This document shows, piece by piece, positions 9,244 through 18,272 of a stretch of 64,000 nt of DNA. The DNA is from Alphaproteobacteria bacterium. GTDB lineage: Bacteria > Pseudomonadota > Alphaproteobacteria > Bin95. The position numbers and the translations under genes are program-made. Where the stretch lies: the NCBI GenBank assembly GCA_038102935.1, contig JAYNYG010000006.1, positions 38,748 to 102,747 of the forward strand. The letters are read 5' to 3'. Numbering within the stretch: the first letter of the stretch is position 1; each line of letters starts with the position of its first letter. The notes under the pieces are model-generated. The model was not told the DNA's origin and did no database searches. It saw only the letters and a program-made list of their open reading frames with translations.

Positions 9244-9272
9244 CTTGAAACACGGGTATCCTGTTCCCACAT
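9244..9272 (+). promoter_or_regulatory. RpoH (sigma32)-type heat-shock promoter
   Basis: CTTGAA-N16-CCCACAT about 100 nt upstream of the hsp20 start; fits the alphaproteobacterial RpoH pattern CTTGAA-N16-CCTATAT. Confidence 0.7.
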
Positions 9273-9277
9273 GTATT

Positions 9278-9370
9278 AGGCCGGGCCGCGAGGCCGGTAG
9301 GAGCGCGTTCGCCGCAGTGCGGGATTGCGCCTCATGTTTGAATTCCGCGTTCGCTTGATGGAGGTGCGCG
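9278..9370 (+). ncRNA. Putative ROSE-like RNA thermometer in the hsp20 5' UTR
   Basis: UCGCU (9351-9355, ROSE U(U/C)GCU motif) just 5' of SD GGAGG (9360-9364); can pair over the SD with a bulged G, closed by CGCG/UGCG. Confidence 0.55.
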
Positions 9371-9784
9371 ATGCCGCGAATGGCAGCATTTAATAGCCCG
9401 CTGATGCTGGGTTTTGATCGGTTGGAGCGCCTCGTAGAAAGCGTCTCTAAAGCCTCGTCCGAAGGTTATCCGCCTTACAATATTGAACAAACCGGCCCTG
9501 AAGGCCTGCGGATTACGCTTGCGGTCGCAGGATTTCGCCGTGAGGACATGGATGTTCAGATTGAGGACAACCAGTTGATCGTACGTGGCGTCCAGCCAGA
9601 AGATGATGATGGCAAGGTGTATCTGCATCGCGGCATAGCCGGGCGCCAATTCCAACGCCGATTTGTATTGGCGGAGGGGATTGAAGTGGCGTCTGCTGGC
9701 TTAGAGAACGGGCTCCTCCACATTGATCTTCAAAGTCCGAAGCCCGAAAGCCGGGTTCGCACGATTGATATTCAGGGCGGCTAA
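9371..9784 (+). CDS. ibpA: Hsp20 family small heat-shock protein (IbpA-like)
   Basis: 137 aa; LGFDRL, YPPYNIE, LAVAGF, YLHRGIAGRQFQRRF, LENGLLHIDL. Confidence 0.95.
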   Translation: MPRMAAFNSPLMLGFDRLERLVESVSKASSEGYPPYNIEQTGPEGLRITLAVAGFRREDMDVQIEDNQLIVRGVQPEDDDGKVYLHRGIAGRQFQRRFVLAEGIEVASAGLENGLLHIDLQSPKPESRVRTIDIQGG

Positions 9785-9815
9785 CGCGCCCATCCGAAGC
9801 TCGGAAAGCGAGACT

Positions 9816-10046
9816 ATGACGAAGCACCAGACTGAGACACAGACTGTCGAAATGGCCGCAAACCAGGTTGAACTTGAGTCGCTCGGCCTCTCCGAAGTCG
9901 CTTATCTTAAGGCTGCGGTCGTCGATGAGATGCCAGGCTTCGCGATTTATGCGGCAAATGGCGTCGCCATCGGCTTTGCGCCCGAGCGGGATCAAGCAAT
10001 CGCAGCGATCATGTCCAATGATATGGCGCTTGCGGCGCTGAACTAA
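9816..10046 (+). CDS. DUF1150-like small protein
   Basis: 76 aa from ATG 9816; LGLSEVAYLK...FAIYAANGVAIGFA..RDQA; usual position downstream of alphaproteobacterial hsp20. Confidence 0.75.
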   Translation: MTKHQTETQTVEMAANQVELESLGLSEVAYLKAAVVDEMPGFAIYAANGVAIGFAPERDQAIAAIMSNDMALAALN

Positions 10047-10114
10047 CGGCGCATTCGCCAAACCGTCATGGATTCACCGCAGACGGGCGCTGTTGCATCC
10101 GTTAGCATTGGCGC

Positions 10115-11401
10115 ATGCAGCAATCATCCGATTCCTTTCTTGATAGCTTGTTCCAGGCAGCCGTAGACCGCGCTGACCCGCGAAGGACGCTCGCTGAATT
10201 TTTGCCGCCGGCGCCAGAGACGGGAAGGGTGATCGTGCTTGGAGCCGGTAAGGCTGCGGCGTCTATGGCTGCCGCATTGGAAGCAGCATGGAAACGGCCG
10301 TTGGAAGGGCTGGTTGTCACGCGGTATGGTCATGCATTGCCGCTTGAGCAGATCGAGCTGATCGAAGCCAGTCACCCAGTGCCTGATGCTGCGGGCGCTG
10401 AGGCCTCTGAACGTATATTGGCGCTTGCTGAGAGTGCGGGGCAGGACGACACTGTGGTGTTCCTGGCCTCTGGCGGCGCTTCGGCGTTGTTGTCCGCACC
10501 GGCGCCTGGAATATCACTGGGTGAGAAGCGGGCGTTGACTAGCAGCTTGTTGAAATCAGGCGCCACAATCCATGAAATGAACGCTGTCCGGAAGCATCTG
10601 TCGGCTATCAAGGGCGGGCGTTTGGCTGTCGCGGCGGCGCCTGCGCGCCTCCTAACATTCGCGATATCGGATGTGCCGGGGGATGATCCTGATGTGATTG
10701 GTTCTGGGCCAACAGTGCCTGACTCTTCCACTTTGGCCGACGCAAAGTCAGTACTGGCGCATTATGACATCGAACCTGCGGCCAGCATTCAAGCCCGCCT
10801 GGATAACTCAAGCGCCGAGACGCCAAAGCCGGGCGATACAGCATTTGAGCGAGCAGAATTCCACATGATTGCGACGCCACACGCTTCGCTTGGAGCGGCG
10901 CAGGCGCTTGCTGTTAAAGGCGGGATGTCAGCGCCGATACTCTCTGACAGGATCGAAGGCGAAGCGCAGGATGTAGGCAAAGTGTTGGCTGCGTTAGCGC
11001 TTGCGTCTGAAGAGCATGATGCGCCGTTCAAATCGCCAACCGTTCTCCTGTCTGGCGGCGAGACGACGGTTACGGTGCGCGGCAATGGCCGCGGTGGTAG
11101 AAACGTCGAGTTCTTGCTGTCGCTGGCGATAACGTTGGATGGCGCAGCAGGCATCTCCGCCATTGCATGTGACACAGATGGAATAGACGGCAGTGAGGAT
11201 AATGCGGGGGCAATCATTAGCCCGACGACGCTGGAACGAGCCCGTGCGCTTGGAATCGATTTACACGCGCGCCTTGCGGATAACGATGCCTATAGCGTAT
11301 TCGCGGCACTGGGTGATTTGGTTATGACCGGCCCGACGCTGACGAACGTCAATGATTTTCGCGCCATTTTGATTGGCGGCGATTTTGGGGGACAAGACTG
11401 A
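10115..11401 (+). CDS. ttuD: Glycerate 2-kinase (TtuD/MOFRL family)
   Basis: 428 aa; GAGKAAASMA, ASHPVPD, SGGASAL, RKHLSAIKGGRL, SDVPGD, GGETTV, GRGGRN, DTDGIDG, TNVNDFR. Confidence 0.93.
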   Translation: MQQSSDSFLDSLFQAAVDRADPRRTLAEFLPPAPETGRVIVLGAGKAAASMAAALEAAWKRPLEGLVVTRYGHALPLEQIELIEASHPVPDAAGAEASERILALAESAGQDDTVVFLASGGASALLSAPAPGISLGEKRALTSSLLKSGATIHEMNAVRKHLSAIKGGRLAVAAAPARLLTFAISDVPGDDPDVIGSGPTVPDSSTLADAKSVLAHYDIEPAASIQARLDNSSAETPKPGDTAFERAEFHMIATPHASLGAAQALAVKGGMSAPILSDRIEGEAQDVGKVLAALALASEEHDAPFKSPTVLLSGGETTVTVRGNGRGGRNVEFLLSLAITLDGAAGISAIACDTDGIDGSEDNAGAIISPTTLERARALGIDLHARLADNDAYSVFAALGDLVMTGPTLTNVNDFRAILIGGDFGGQD

Positions 11402-11402
11402 C

Positions 11403-12848
11403 ATGAGCTTGCTGCATATCCGTCGGCGCCGGAACGTCAAAATTGTCGCCACGCTTGGCCCGTCCACAACGAGCTATGAAGAAATTCGCGCGATTTTTGA
11501 AGCGGGCGCCGATGTTTTCCGCCTGAACTTCAGCCATGGCGACCATGCTGATCATGCAGCCCGCATGAAGATCATCCGCCAGATTGAAGATGAAGCACGG
11601 CGCCCAATTGGCGTGATGGCGGATATGCAGGGGCCTAAGCTCCGTGTTGGGCGCTTAAAGGGCGGCAAAGCTGAACTTAAAGCTGGGCAGTCGTTCCGAC
11701 TGGACCTAGATGCGGATATTGATGGCGATCAGACACGGGCGCCGCTGCCGCATAAAGAGATATTTGCGGCTTTGGAGCCTGGGGCCGAGGTGCTGTTCGA
11801 TGACGGGCGTATCCGCATGGAAGTCGTTTCACTCACATCTGAAAGCGCGGAGATGAAGGTGACGGCTGGCGGCATGTTGTCTGACCGCAAGGGCGTCAAC
11901 CTGCCAGGCGTGCTCCTGCCAGTTTCGCCGCTGACGCCTAAAGACCGGATTGATCTGGAATATGCGATCAGCATTGGCGCGGATTGGATTGCGCTTTCGT
12001 TCGTGCAGCGCCCGGATGATCTGGCCGAAGCCCGTGCGCTTATCAAAGGCCGCGCAGGACTGCTGACAAAATTTGAAAAACCTACTGCAATCAAACAGAT
12101 GGATCAGCTTGTTGAGCTTTCAGATGCGGTGATGGTCGCGCGCGGCGATCTTGGCGTTGAGACGCCGCCGGAAGATGTGCCGCTTGCGCAGAAGCAACTG
12201 ATCCGCGCCTGCCGCTTGCAGGGCAAGCCGGTTATTGTCGCGACGCAGATGCTGGAGAGTATGGTCAGCGCCCCGGCGCCGACACGCGCAGAAGCCTCGG
12301 ATGTCGCGACCGCGGTGTTTGACGGTGCGGATGCTGTCATGCTTTCGGCTGAGACTGCTGCCGGGCAATATCCCGTCGAGGCGGTTTCTATGATGGACCG
12401 GATCGCGGTTCGAACGGAAAGCGATTCCGGCTACCGCGACGCCCTCAACGCAACCCGCCATGATCCAGACCCGACGGCTGCAGACGCAATTTCACGCGCC
12501 GCCCGCCAGGTGGCGGAGACCATATCCGCCGCCGCAATCGTTACTTACACGACCTCCGGCTCGACAACGCTGCGCGCAAGTCGCGAGCGGGCGGAAGCGC
12601 CTGTGTTGGGGCTGACATCCAAGGTGGAGACAGCCCGTCAGCTAGCGCTCGCATGGGGCGTTAGGCCGGAGCACACAGCGGATGTGACAGATTTTTCAGA
12701 GATGGTGCGTAAGGCCTGCGCCATTGCTTATGACCGTGATTTGGCCAAACTTGGCGACAGGATTGTAGTCACAGCAGGTGTTCCATTCGGCACGCCAGGC
12801 GCGACCAATGTGCTGCGAATCGCTTGGATCACGGGCGACGAGGCTTGA
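11403..12848 (+). CDS. pyk: Pyruvate kinase
   Basis: KIVATLGP, RLNFSHG, DMQGPKLR, LSFVQ, KFEK, MVARGDLGVE, ATQMLESM, PTRAEASDVA; start taken as ATG 11403, 1 bp after the ttuD stop. Confidence 0.97.
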   Translation: MSLLHIRRRRNVKIVATLGPSTTSYEEIRAIFEAGADVFRLNFSHGDHADHAARMKIIRQIEDEARRPIGVMADMQGPKLRVGRLKGGKAELKAGQSFRLDLDADIDGDQTRAPLPHKEIFAALEPGAEVLFDDGRIRMEVVSLTSESAEMKVTAGGMLSDRKGVNLPGVLLPVSPLTPKDRIDLEYAISIGADWIALSFVQRPDDLAEARALIKGRAGLLTKFEKPTAIKQMDQLVELSDAVMVARGDLGVETPPEDVPLAQKQLIRACRLQGKPVIVATQMLESMVSAPAPTRAEASDVATAVFDGADAVMLSAETAAGQYPVEAVSMMDRIAVRTESDSGYRDALNATRHDPDPTAADAISRAARQVAETISAAAIVTYTTSGSTTLRASRERAEAPVLGLTSKVETARQLALAWGVRPEHTADVTDFSEMVRKACAIAYDRDLAKLGDRIVVTAGVPFGTPGATNVLRIAWITGDEA

Positions 12849-12866
12849 TGCTTATAAGGAATACAG

Positions 12867-13733
12867 ATGCCTGATGCTGTTAACGTGCGGCTTGCCGCCA
12901 CTGTGATTCTGGCGCGTGACGCTGGTGATTCCATGGAGCTCTTCATGGTCGTTCGCCATCATCAGATCGACTTTGCCTCTGGCGCGCTGGTTTTCCCGGG
13001 CGGGTCGGCGACAACGAGTGACCGGGACCCGCGTATTCGCGGTCTATCGGACGGCGCTGAGGGGCTTAACGAGGATACGTTGGCGGCGAATGTGGCGGCG
13101 ATCCGGGAATCCTTCGAAGAATGCGGCGTGCTGTATGCGCGGCCCAATGGCTCAGATGATCTGGTAGATGGCGCACGGGCTGAAGCGCTCGGCGCGAAGT
13201 ACCGTGCGGACTTGGAAGCCGATAAGATTGGGATGGCGGATATTGCTGAGGCGGAAGGCCTGCGCATAGCCGTAGATCGCATGGTGCATTTCGCGCATTG
13301 GATCACACCGCCGCATATGCCCAAGCGTTTCGATACGCATTTTTTCATCGCGGAAGCGCCGATGGACCATGTGTTGGCCCATGACGGCCATGAGAACGTT
13401 GATTCCGTATGGATCACGCCTGTTCAAGCTTGTGAGGATGCAGACGCTGGAACCCGCACCGTCATCTTCCCGACGCGGCTAAACATCGAGAAAGTGGGCC
13501 AAAGCAACAATGTCGGCGCTGCAATCGCCCGTGCCCGCAAGTCTCCAGTGGTTACCGTTCTGCCAGAATCTGAGAAGGTAGAAGGCGGGAGGATCATGCG
13601 CATTCCGGAAGCGGCGGGATACGGAGCCGCAGAGCTGTTCGTCGAAGGTGGATCAGGCAAGGCCGCCCGCATTCGCTACCCCGATGGCACAGAACGCAGC
13701 ACATCCATCGCGATGAAGCCTATCGACGATTAA
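12867..13733 (+). CDS. NUDIX hydrolase
   Basis: 288 aa; AATVILAR, VFPGG...AAIRESFEECG Nudix box, HWITP...RFDTHFF. Confidence 0.88.
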   Translation: MPDAVNVRLAATVILARDAGDSMELFMVVRHHQIDFASGALVFPGGSATTSDRDPRIRGLSDGAEGLNEDTLAANVAAIRESFEECGVLYARPNGSDDLVDGARAEALGAKYRADLEADKIGMADIAEAEGLRIAVDRMVHFAHWITPPHMPKRFDTHFFIAEAPMDHVLAHDGHENVDSVWITPVQACEDADAGTRTVIFPTRLNIEKVGQSNNVGAAIARARKSPVVTVLPESEKVEGGRIMRIPEAAGYGAAELFVEGGSGKAARIRYPDGTERSTSIAMKPIDD

Positions 13734-13736
13734 TTC

Positions 13737-14873
13737 CTAGCCGACATCGAAGTCGAGCAAGGCCGCTAGCCCTTCGCCACCGCCACCCGGTTGGGTGATA
13801 GGTGATTGGCCAATCGAGCCTGCTCTAAGCGTCCCAACAACCGTTAGCTTCGTCATGAACTTTCGCAAAAGCGGGACGGTAAATGTCGCGAGACGGATCG
13901 GCGGCGCCAGCAAGAATATACTGAAAATGCCGAGGACCTGAGCAGCTTCCTCAAGGAAATCAGCGCCCGCTGCGCCAAATGCTGTCGCGAGCAAATAGAT
14001 GCCAAGGGCGAATACGGCCCAGGCAATCGCGATCGCAATTGCGAAGACCACGAGATAGAGGAAGACCATGAATGTCGGCAGGTCTGATTTAAACTCAAGT
14101 CCTGCAATCTGGAGATGCGCAACGGTGCGCCGCACTTCAATCGTCCGGTAAGCGATATAGGAAATGCCGAAAGTGAATGGCAGCAGCAGGTAACAGCCAA
14201 TCCAAAGCCAGGTCAGGTGCTTTCCAGCAAGATTGCAGCGTAGCCTTTGATCACCCATCCAGACGTTGTCGTTGAGATACCTTAGCTGCCGCGCCCGCAG
14301 GAACCCGTAGCCAAACCCTGCCGTCAGCACCACAAGGATATATCCTGAGACAGTGAGCCAGAGATACCGCATGGCTGAACCGCCCTGCGCGCCTCGAACT
14401 CCGCGCCAGAGTGTGCGGGAGAGCCGGTAGCGTCGCGCCTGGAAGGTGCCGAGCGGCATCAAGATCGCCCAAACGATGATGAAAAGGCCAATTTCCCAAA
14501 TAGATGCGTCGCCATCAGAGAAAACGAAGGGCGCGATGCTGGCGATCAGAAACAGCGGGCTGAGGATTGTCACGACGATCATGAAGCTGCGGAACAGCTC
14601 CAACCCATTGCCGGTGTATTCCAGCGGCTCCTTATTGATCTCAATATGGCCCCAGAGGAACTGGCGTACTGCCGCCTTCGCCCAGAACCGATAGACGCCG
14701 CCAGTCGCCATAATGATCAGTGTGAGCTTGCTAAACAGGCGGAGCGCATCACCCTCTGTCCCCGTGAACGCTAGGCCGACGCCGGGCGCCTCAGCGACAG
14801 CGTCATCTGCCGCAACATGCGGTTTCGGGTCCCAGGGACGCCGGCGGGGTTTGGAAACTTCGATATCCGGCAT
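13737..14873 (-). CDS. YjgN (DUF898) family membrane protein
   Basis: 378 aa; LTLIIMATGGVYRFWAK, PLEYTGNGLELF, RRYRLSRTLWRGVR; multiple TM segments. Confidence 0.85.
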   Translation of the reverse strand: MPDIEVSKPRRRPWDPKPHVAADDAVAEAPGVGLAFTGTEGDALRLFSKLTLIIMATGGVYRFWAKAAVRQFLWGHIEINKEPLEYTGNGLELFRSFMIVVTILSPLFLIASIAPFVFSDGDASIWEIGLFIIVWAILMPLGTFQARRYRLSRTLWRGVRGAQGGSAMRYLWLTVSGYILVVLTAGFGYGFLRARQLRYLNDNVWMGDQRLRCNLAGKHLTWLWIGCYLLLPFTFGISYIAYRTIEVRRTVAHLQIAGLEFKSDLPTFMVFLYLVVFAIAIAIAWAVFALGIYLLATAFGAAGADFLEEAAQVLGIFSIFLLAPPIRLATFTVPLLRKFMTKLTVVGTLRAGSIGQSPITQPGGGGEGLAALLDFDVG

Positions 14874-14916
14874 AGAACGCTCTTAGGACAAAGGGTTTTC
14901 AGTAGGATAGCTGCAA

Positions 14917-15780
14917 ATGCTGCGACGCGCTTTCATTTTCGGTATGGGTTTCACGGGTAGCCGGTTCGCGGCGGCGCTTGCGGCGAAAGGCTTTAGCGTT
15001 TCTGGCACGAGCCGGTCTGGCGCGTCCGTCGATGGCGTAGACTGTTATGCCTATGGGCCAGAGGCGCCGCTTCCAGCCATCCTGCCGCCGCTTGATGAAG
15101 CGACGCACGTGCTGCTGTCAATTCCTCCAAGCGGTGAAGGCGATCCTGTGTTGCAGGATTTCGGCGCGCGGTTGGCTGCAAATACATTGCTGCAATGGGT
15201 TGGGTATCTTGGCACAACCGGGGTCTATGGCGACAGGGATGGCGGGCAGGTTGATGAGACTTCCGCGCTTGAGCCGACAGGAGAGCGCGGCGCCCGTCGT
15301 GTCGCTGCTGAGGCCGGGTGGTTGGATCTCTGGAGTGGAAATGGGCTTCCGGTTCACATATTCCGGCTTGCCGGCATCTATGGCCCCGGACGGAACGCTT
15401 TAGAACAAGCCAAGGCGGGGACTGCGCGGCGGCTGATCAAGCCCGGCCACAAATTCAGCCGTATCCACGTAGACGACATCGTCAGCGGTTTGCTTGCGTC
15501 GATGGAGCGGCCAAATCCTGGCGCCGCCTACAACGTTTGCGATGACATGCCGTCCGAATCAGCGGAGGTCGCGCTATATGCGGCGGAGCTGCTTGGGCTG
15601 GAGCCGCCGCCCGCAATCGCGTTCGAAGATGCTGACCTATCCCCGATGGCGCTGAGTTTCTACCGGGACAACAAAACCGTCAGCAACGCACGCATCAAGC
15701 AAGAGCTTGGCGTTAAGCTCCGCTATCCTACATACCGCGAGGGCCTACAGGCGTTGCTGGCGAACTATTCCGCCGGCTGA
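14917..15780 (+). CDS. NAD-dependent epimerase/dehydratase (atypical SDR)
   Basis: 287 aa; IFGMGFTG, YLGTTGVYGD, FRLAGIYGPGRN, FSRIHVDDI. Confidence 0.9.
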   Translation: MLRRAFIFGMGFTGSRFAAALAAKGFSVSGTSRSGASVDGVDCYAYGPEAPLPAILPPLDEATHVLLSIPPSGEGDPVLQDFGARLAANTLLQWVGYLGTTGVYGDRDGGQVDETSALEPTGERGARRVAAEAGWLDLWSGNGLPVHIFRLAGIYGPGRNALEQAKAGTARRLIKPGHKFSRIHVDDIVSGLLASMERPNPGAAYNVCDDMPSESAEVALYAAELLGLEPPPAIAFEDADLSPMALSFYRDNKTVSNARIKQELGVKLRYPTYREGLQALLANYSAG

Positions 15781-16982
15781 GGCTCAGGGACCATATTCTG
15801 CTCGCCTGCCGCCTGCTTTGGTAAGATGAGCGCGGCTGACACAATCAGACAGGCTGCGGCCGCCAAAATCAGCAAAATGGTCTCAAAGCCATCCGCATCA
15901 GTCGGCGAGCGGTCGAGGACATATGATGCGAATGGCAGCACGCCAGCGCCAATCGTCAGGTTCAGCATGAACTTGATCGATAGGACCTTCGCTCGCCATT
16001 TATCGGGCACATAGCGGGAGAGCACCGCGTCTGTGATCGGGATCTGGCCGAAAACGGCGGCCATTGCCAGAAATGCGACCAGGAACAGCGCCCAATCCAC
16101 CTGGAAAGCCATGGCGAAGATGATGACGGGTTGCAGCGCTGCAATCGTCACCAGGATTGGCTTGATTGGCCGGTTATCAATCACTTTGCCAACCGCAACC
16201 TGGGCAAACGCGGCTGTGGCATACACGGCGCCAGCCAGATAGCCAGTCATTGCGACATCTGTTGTGATGCCGTTCAGCTTCACTTCGAACAAGCGGGGTA
16301 GCAGGAAGATTAAAGCGCCGAACACGAAGCCGCCGCCCATCGTAACCAATCCCAAACTGATGAGCGCGCGCTTCCATCCTGGCGTCATGCCGACCATCGC
16401 CTTTTCCCGCGCGCTGGCGGGCGGGGCAGCTGCTTTGCCAGCGCGCACGAAACGCCAGAAGGCGAGGCCGATCAGGATGGAGACCACGCCCGGCACAAGG
16501 AATCCAAGCCGCCAATCGTAATGAGCCAGGAAAAAGCCTGTCAGAAACGGCGCCGCTGCAACGCCCATATTGCCCCAAACCCCGTTCACGCCGAGCCGCC
16601 AACCCACGTTGCCGCCGCCTTGGATCACCATCGTGATGCCGACTGGATGATAGATGGAGGCGAAAATTCCAATCAGCGCTAGGCCAATGCCAAGCAACAG
16701 TGGCGTGGTTGCAAAGCTCGCCAGGATGGAGGCGACGCCGATGCCGATGAAAAAGATGATGATCATCGGGTTCCGGCCATACTTGTCTGCCAATTGCGCG
16801 GATACCGGCGCCGCCGCGCCAAACAGAACGGCAGCGGGCGTGCCGTAGACGATCATGTCGTCATAGCTGAGACCCCAGGCTTTCCCCGCTTCATAGGCCG
16901 CCTTTGCAAAGATCAGCATGAACAAGTGATCGACAAAATGGCCAAGGTTCAGGAAGAGCAAACGAAGGCGGCTGGCGCTCAT
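15765..16982 (-). CDS. MFS transporter
   Basis: 405 aa; about 12 hydrophobic helices, LADKYGR loop motif, IYHPVG. Confidence 0.9.
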   Translation of the reverse strand: MSASRLRLLFLNLGHFVDHLFMLIFAKAAYEAGKAWGLSYDDMIVYGTPAAVLFGAAAPVSAQLADKYGRNPMIIIFFIGIGVASILASFATTPLLLGIGLALIGIFASIYHPVGITMVIQGGGNVGWRLGVNGVWGNMGVAAAPFLTGFFLAHYDWRLGFLVPGVVSILIGLAFWRFVRAGKAAAPPASAREKAMVGMTPGWKRALISLGLVTMGGGFVFGALIFLLPRLFEVKLNGITTDVAMTGYLAGAVYATAAFAQVAVGKVIDNRPIKPILVTIAALQPVIIFAMAFQVDWALFLVAFLAMAAVFGQIPITDAVLSRYVPDKWRAKVLSIKFMLNLTIGAGVLPFASYVLDRSPTDADGFETILLILAAAACLIVSAALILPKQAAGEQNMVPEPQPAE

Positions 16983-17064
16983 AGGAGAATTCCCGGTTTC
17001 ATCGCTTGCGGTTATGGCGCGAAGCGGTCAATTTCGCCGGGAAACCTATTGCAGGAAAAGACAC

Positions 17065-18201
17065 ATGTCGACGGACTGGTCCCCGGATACCTTAATCGCT
17101 CAGGCTATGGGCGAGATTGAGCCAGTCTATAAGGGCGTCGTGCCGCCCATCCATCCGGCGACAACCTATATCCGCGACCCGGACAACACCTATCCGACCG
17201 GCGTCGCCTATAGCCGTGATGATAATCCAACCACGCGCGCGCCAGAACGCCTGCTGGCGGCGCTTGAGCAGGGCGAAGAGGCGCTTCTGTTCGCCTCTGG
17301 TATGGCGTCCGCCGTCGCCGTTTTCGAAACGCTGCCTATTGGCGCTCATGTCGTCGCCCAGAACGTGATGTATTGGGGCTTGCGCGAGTGGCTGCGCAGT
17401 AAAGATGAGGAGGGCCGCTTTTCGGTCACCTTCGCGTCTCTTGAGGCGCCTGGAGCCGCTCAAGAAGCTATCCGGCCCGGGGAGACCAAGCTTGTATGGG
17501 CGGAATCGCCAGCCAATCCGCTTTGGGGCGTTGTTGATATCGCGACAGTCGCCGGAGTGGCGCATGAGGCTGGCGCTGTGTTCGCGGTCGATTCCACTGC
17601 CGCAACGCCAATCCTCACACGGCCTTTAACGCTCGGCGCCGATATCGTCATGCACTCCGCCACCAAATACTTGAATGGCCATTCGGATGTGATTGCGGGC
17701 GCGCTTGCGTTTAGGGAAAAGGGCGATGTGTGGCAGGCGTTAAAGGCCTATCGCCACGATACAGGCGCAGTGTTGGCGCCATTTGAAGCTTGGTTGCTGC
17801 TGCGAGGTATGCGCACGTTACATATCCGTGTACGCGCCGCTTCTGCTGGCGCTTTGACACTGGCGCGCCGTTTGCAGAGCCATCCGCGCATTGAACAGGT
17901 ACGCTACCCCGGCTTGCAGGATTCCCCCGATCATAGCTTGGCGACCCGTCAGATGGATGGCGGGTTCGGTGGAATGCTGTCGATCCAGATCAAAGGCGGC
18001 GAGCAGGCGGCGATTGATACAGCGGCCCGAATCAAAATCTGGAAGCGCGCCACGTCCCTTGGCGGCGTGGAAAGCCTGATCGAACATCGCGCCTCAATCG
18101 AAGGCCCTGGGACGCCCGTTCCGGCAAACTTGCTGCGCCTCTCGGTCGGCATCGAAGACCCGGATGATCTTTACGACGATTTGGATCAGGCGCTGCGCTA
18201 G
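17065..18201 (+). CDS. Cys/Met metabolism PLP-dependent enzyme (cystathionine gamma-synthase/lyase family)
   Basis: YSRDDNPT, FASGMA, ESPANP, VDST, SATKYLNGHSD (PLP Lys), TSLGGVESL, RLSVGIED; start taken as ATG 17065. Confidence 0.92.
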   Translation: MSTDWSPDTLIAQAMGEIEPVYKGVVPPIHPATTYIRDPDNTYPTGVAYSRDDNPTTRAPERLLAALEQGEEALLFASGMASAVAVFETLPIGAHVVAQNVMYWGLREWLRSKDEEGRFSVTFASLEAPGAAQEAIRPGETKLVWAESPANPLWGVVDIATVAGVAHEAGAVFAVDSTAATPILTRPLTLGADIVMHSATKYLNGHSDVIAGALAFREKGDVWQALKAYRHDTGAVLAPFEAWLLLRGMRTLHIRVRAASAGALTLARRLQSHPRIEQVRYPGLQDSPDHSLATRQMDGGFGGMLSIQIKGGEQAAIDTAARIKIWKRATSLGGVESLIEHRASIEGPGTPVPANLLRLSVGIEDPDDLYDDLDQALR

Positions 18202-18272
18202 GCCCGGCTTGCGGGTGACAACGGAATCGCCCAAGCTTTCGGTTCAATCTGTTGAGCCAGGGAAGCTGATTC

